A model generated the notes under the pieces. That model saw nothing but the letters and a program-made list of their open reading frames with translations, made no database searches and had not been told where the DNA came from. Below are positions 62,042 through 64,000 of a stretch of 64,000 nt of DNA, one piece after another (the stretch's first letter is position 1; each line of letters starts with the position of its first letter). Source of the DNA: Octopus bimaculoides (taxonomy: Eukaryota); assembly GCF_001194135.2 (NCBI RefSeq), contig NC_068992.1, forward strand, positions 49,256,480 to 49,320,479. Direction: 5' to 3'. The position numbers and the translations under genes are program-made.

Positions 62042-63065
62042 GGCTGATGAAATTTTCGATGGAAATATAAAGAGGCCAGCACAAATTAAAATTGTTCCCC
62101 TCTGCCTATTGCTCAGTAACATAATGGTATTATCATAATCTTTGAAAGCAGATTTTTCCCATGCTTGTACAGGCCAGATGGGGTTTGTTGAAGCAAGTTT
62201 TCTACAGTTAGATTATTACAGCAGATTTTCTTTAGCCCTTCGTATCTAATCTGCCAGATTTGAGGTGCACCTTGTAAGCTGTCAAATATGGCAAATTCTA
62301 TGGGAACATACCCTGTATCCAAGACTGAGTTGTAATAATCTGGAATAATAGGGTAATTATGACAAGACACACACACACATGCACAAACTGGTAGACATAA
62401 TAATGCTGATTTTTCAATGGGAAAAAGATTGTTAAACTTTGGCGGAGAGAGATGTAATGGAGTAATTTGTAATTACTTTTATTGCTTTCAGAACGGTGAA
62501 AGGCAGAGGATTTGAACTCATATTGTAAAGAGACACACACAAAACAACAACAACAACAAATAAAATGGAAGTTACTGGGAGGGGGAGACAAGGGGACAGT
62601 TTGATTTAATTAAACTACGTGCCGCTGAAGTAACATGTAGCTTAATGCAGAAACTAATAAACTGTTTATTTGTAATTTGAAGTCACTAAATTCTTGCATT
62701 GATTAACAGTTGACACGAAATGTGTGGAATCTCTGACAGAGATTCTGAAGGCAAGTTCAAGCAGAAATCAGAATGTAAAGGTTGTTGGCAAAGAAGAACT
62801 GAAAGCAGTGTCCATGATAGTTGTAGTTTGGTGTGTTGGTGGTGGTGGTGGTGGTAGTAGTGATGGGGTAATAATGTGGTGGCTGCAACAGTAGTAGAAT
62901 AATGGTGCAGTGTGGTGGTAGTAGTGGTGGTGAAGGTAGCAGTGTGGTGAGGGTAACAATGTGGTAGTTGCAACAGTAGTAGAATAGTGGTGCAGAAGGT
63001 GGTAGTAGAGTGAAGATAGCAATGTGGTTGTTGTAGTAGTGGTGTGACTGTATTCATATGAATGA

Positions 63066-63103
<38 letters not shown>

Positions 63104-63962
63104 ACGTGCATGCATTCATATGTATTTAGAATGCATACGTCTTTGCCTAGTCTTACCTCAGCAACTGCAGTGTGGTTTGAACTTGAGACCATGTGATCAG
63201 CAGTCAAGTTCCTTACTCTTAAAGCATTTCTGCTTTTGTTGAAACATAAAATATGAAATGTCTTTGTCTGTTTGCCAGCCAAGTAAACTGAGCTAAGCAT
63301 AAGTTATGGCCCATGTCCAATAGATCTTACAAAGTGGTTGCAGTACAGTTTGAACTCATAACTATGCGGTCAGTAGTTTAGTACCTTAACTTCATGTGTG
63401 TGTGTGTGTGTGTGTGTGTGTACATGTGCAAGTATGTATGAGTGTGTGTGTATATATGTGTGTGTGTGTGTGTGCGCATATATGTGAGTGTATGTGGGTA
63501 GACATATATGGAAGTGTGTGGCATAATGTATGTGTATGAAAAGAAACAAGAGAAAAAAAAATGAAGAAATTAGTAAAAGAGGCAACATGGAATGGTATGA
63601 GGCAGTCTTGGGATTCTCTTTATCGTCCATTTCCTTTAGAATATCAATTCTGTAGTGTTTGGTGCTAACCATCTTAGGAGAATACAGTTACTTTTTGTGG
63701 GGTTTCTTATATAACAACCTCGTACTGACTTCTTAGGGGTCAACAATATGTGAAGGGATGTCTGTGTGTGTGTGTATGTGTGTGATTGTACACTTGAATG
63801 TGTGTATTTGTGTATGTGTGCTTATTTGGGAGAGTGAGTGTGTGTGTTCATATCAATAAGCATGTGTCTGTGTGAGTGTGTACATATGGAGGAATGTGTA
63901 TACATGGGATGGTGGGCAGGGTGTACATGTGGGAGAGCATGAGTGTATGCATGCATAAGACA

Positions 63963-64000
<38 letters not shown>

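Overview
AT-rich, microsatellite-dense eukaryotic DNA with nine N-gaps. The retroposon families and simple repeats resemble those of an octopod cephalopod (inference; no database check). Two divergently oriented protein-coding genes are supported. (1) A minus-strand GH31 MYORG/KIAA1161-family type II membrane protein: terminal exon 2936-1002, upstream exon 8017-7621 (phase-compatible), and candidate short 5' exons at 21666-21634 and 27229-27185. By manual alignment it has lost both catalytic aspartates. (2) A two-exon, strongly divergent profilin-like gene on the plus strand (43638-43820 + 46191-46430), whose C-terminal coding segment is tandemly repeated about four times across the stop codon. 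The rest is mostly transposon debris: at least five tRNA-type SINE families, RTE, CR1-like and R4/Dong LINE fragments, a hAT BED-finger transposase relic, and piggyBac-type and Charlie-type MITEs. Also present are several Penelope-type minimal hammerhead ribozyme motifs (one with an intact core, sense to the GH31 intron), a perfect 45-bp palindrome, a 220-bp foldback and a higher-order minisatellite. No rRNA, true tRNA or CRISPR array was found.
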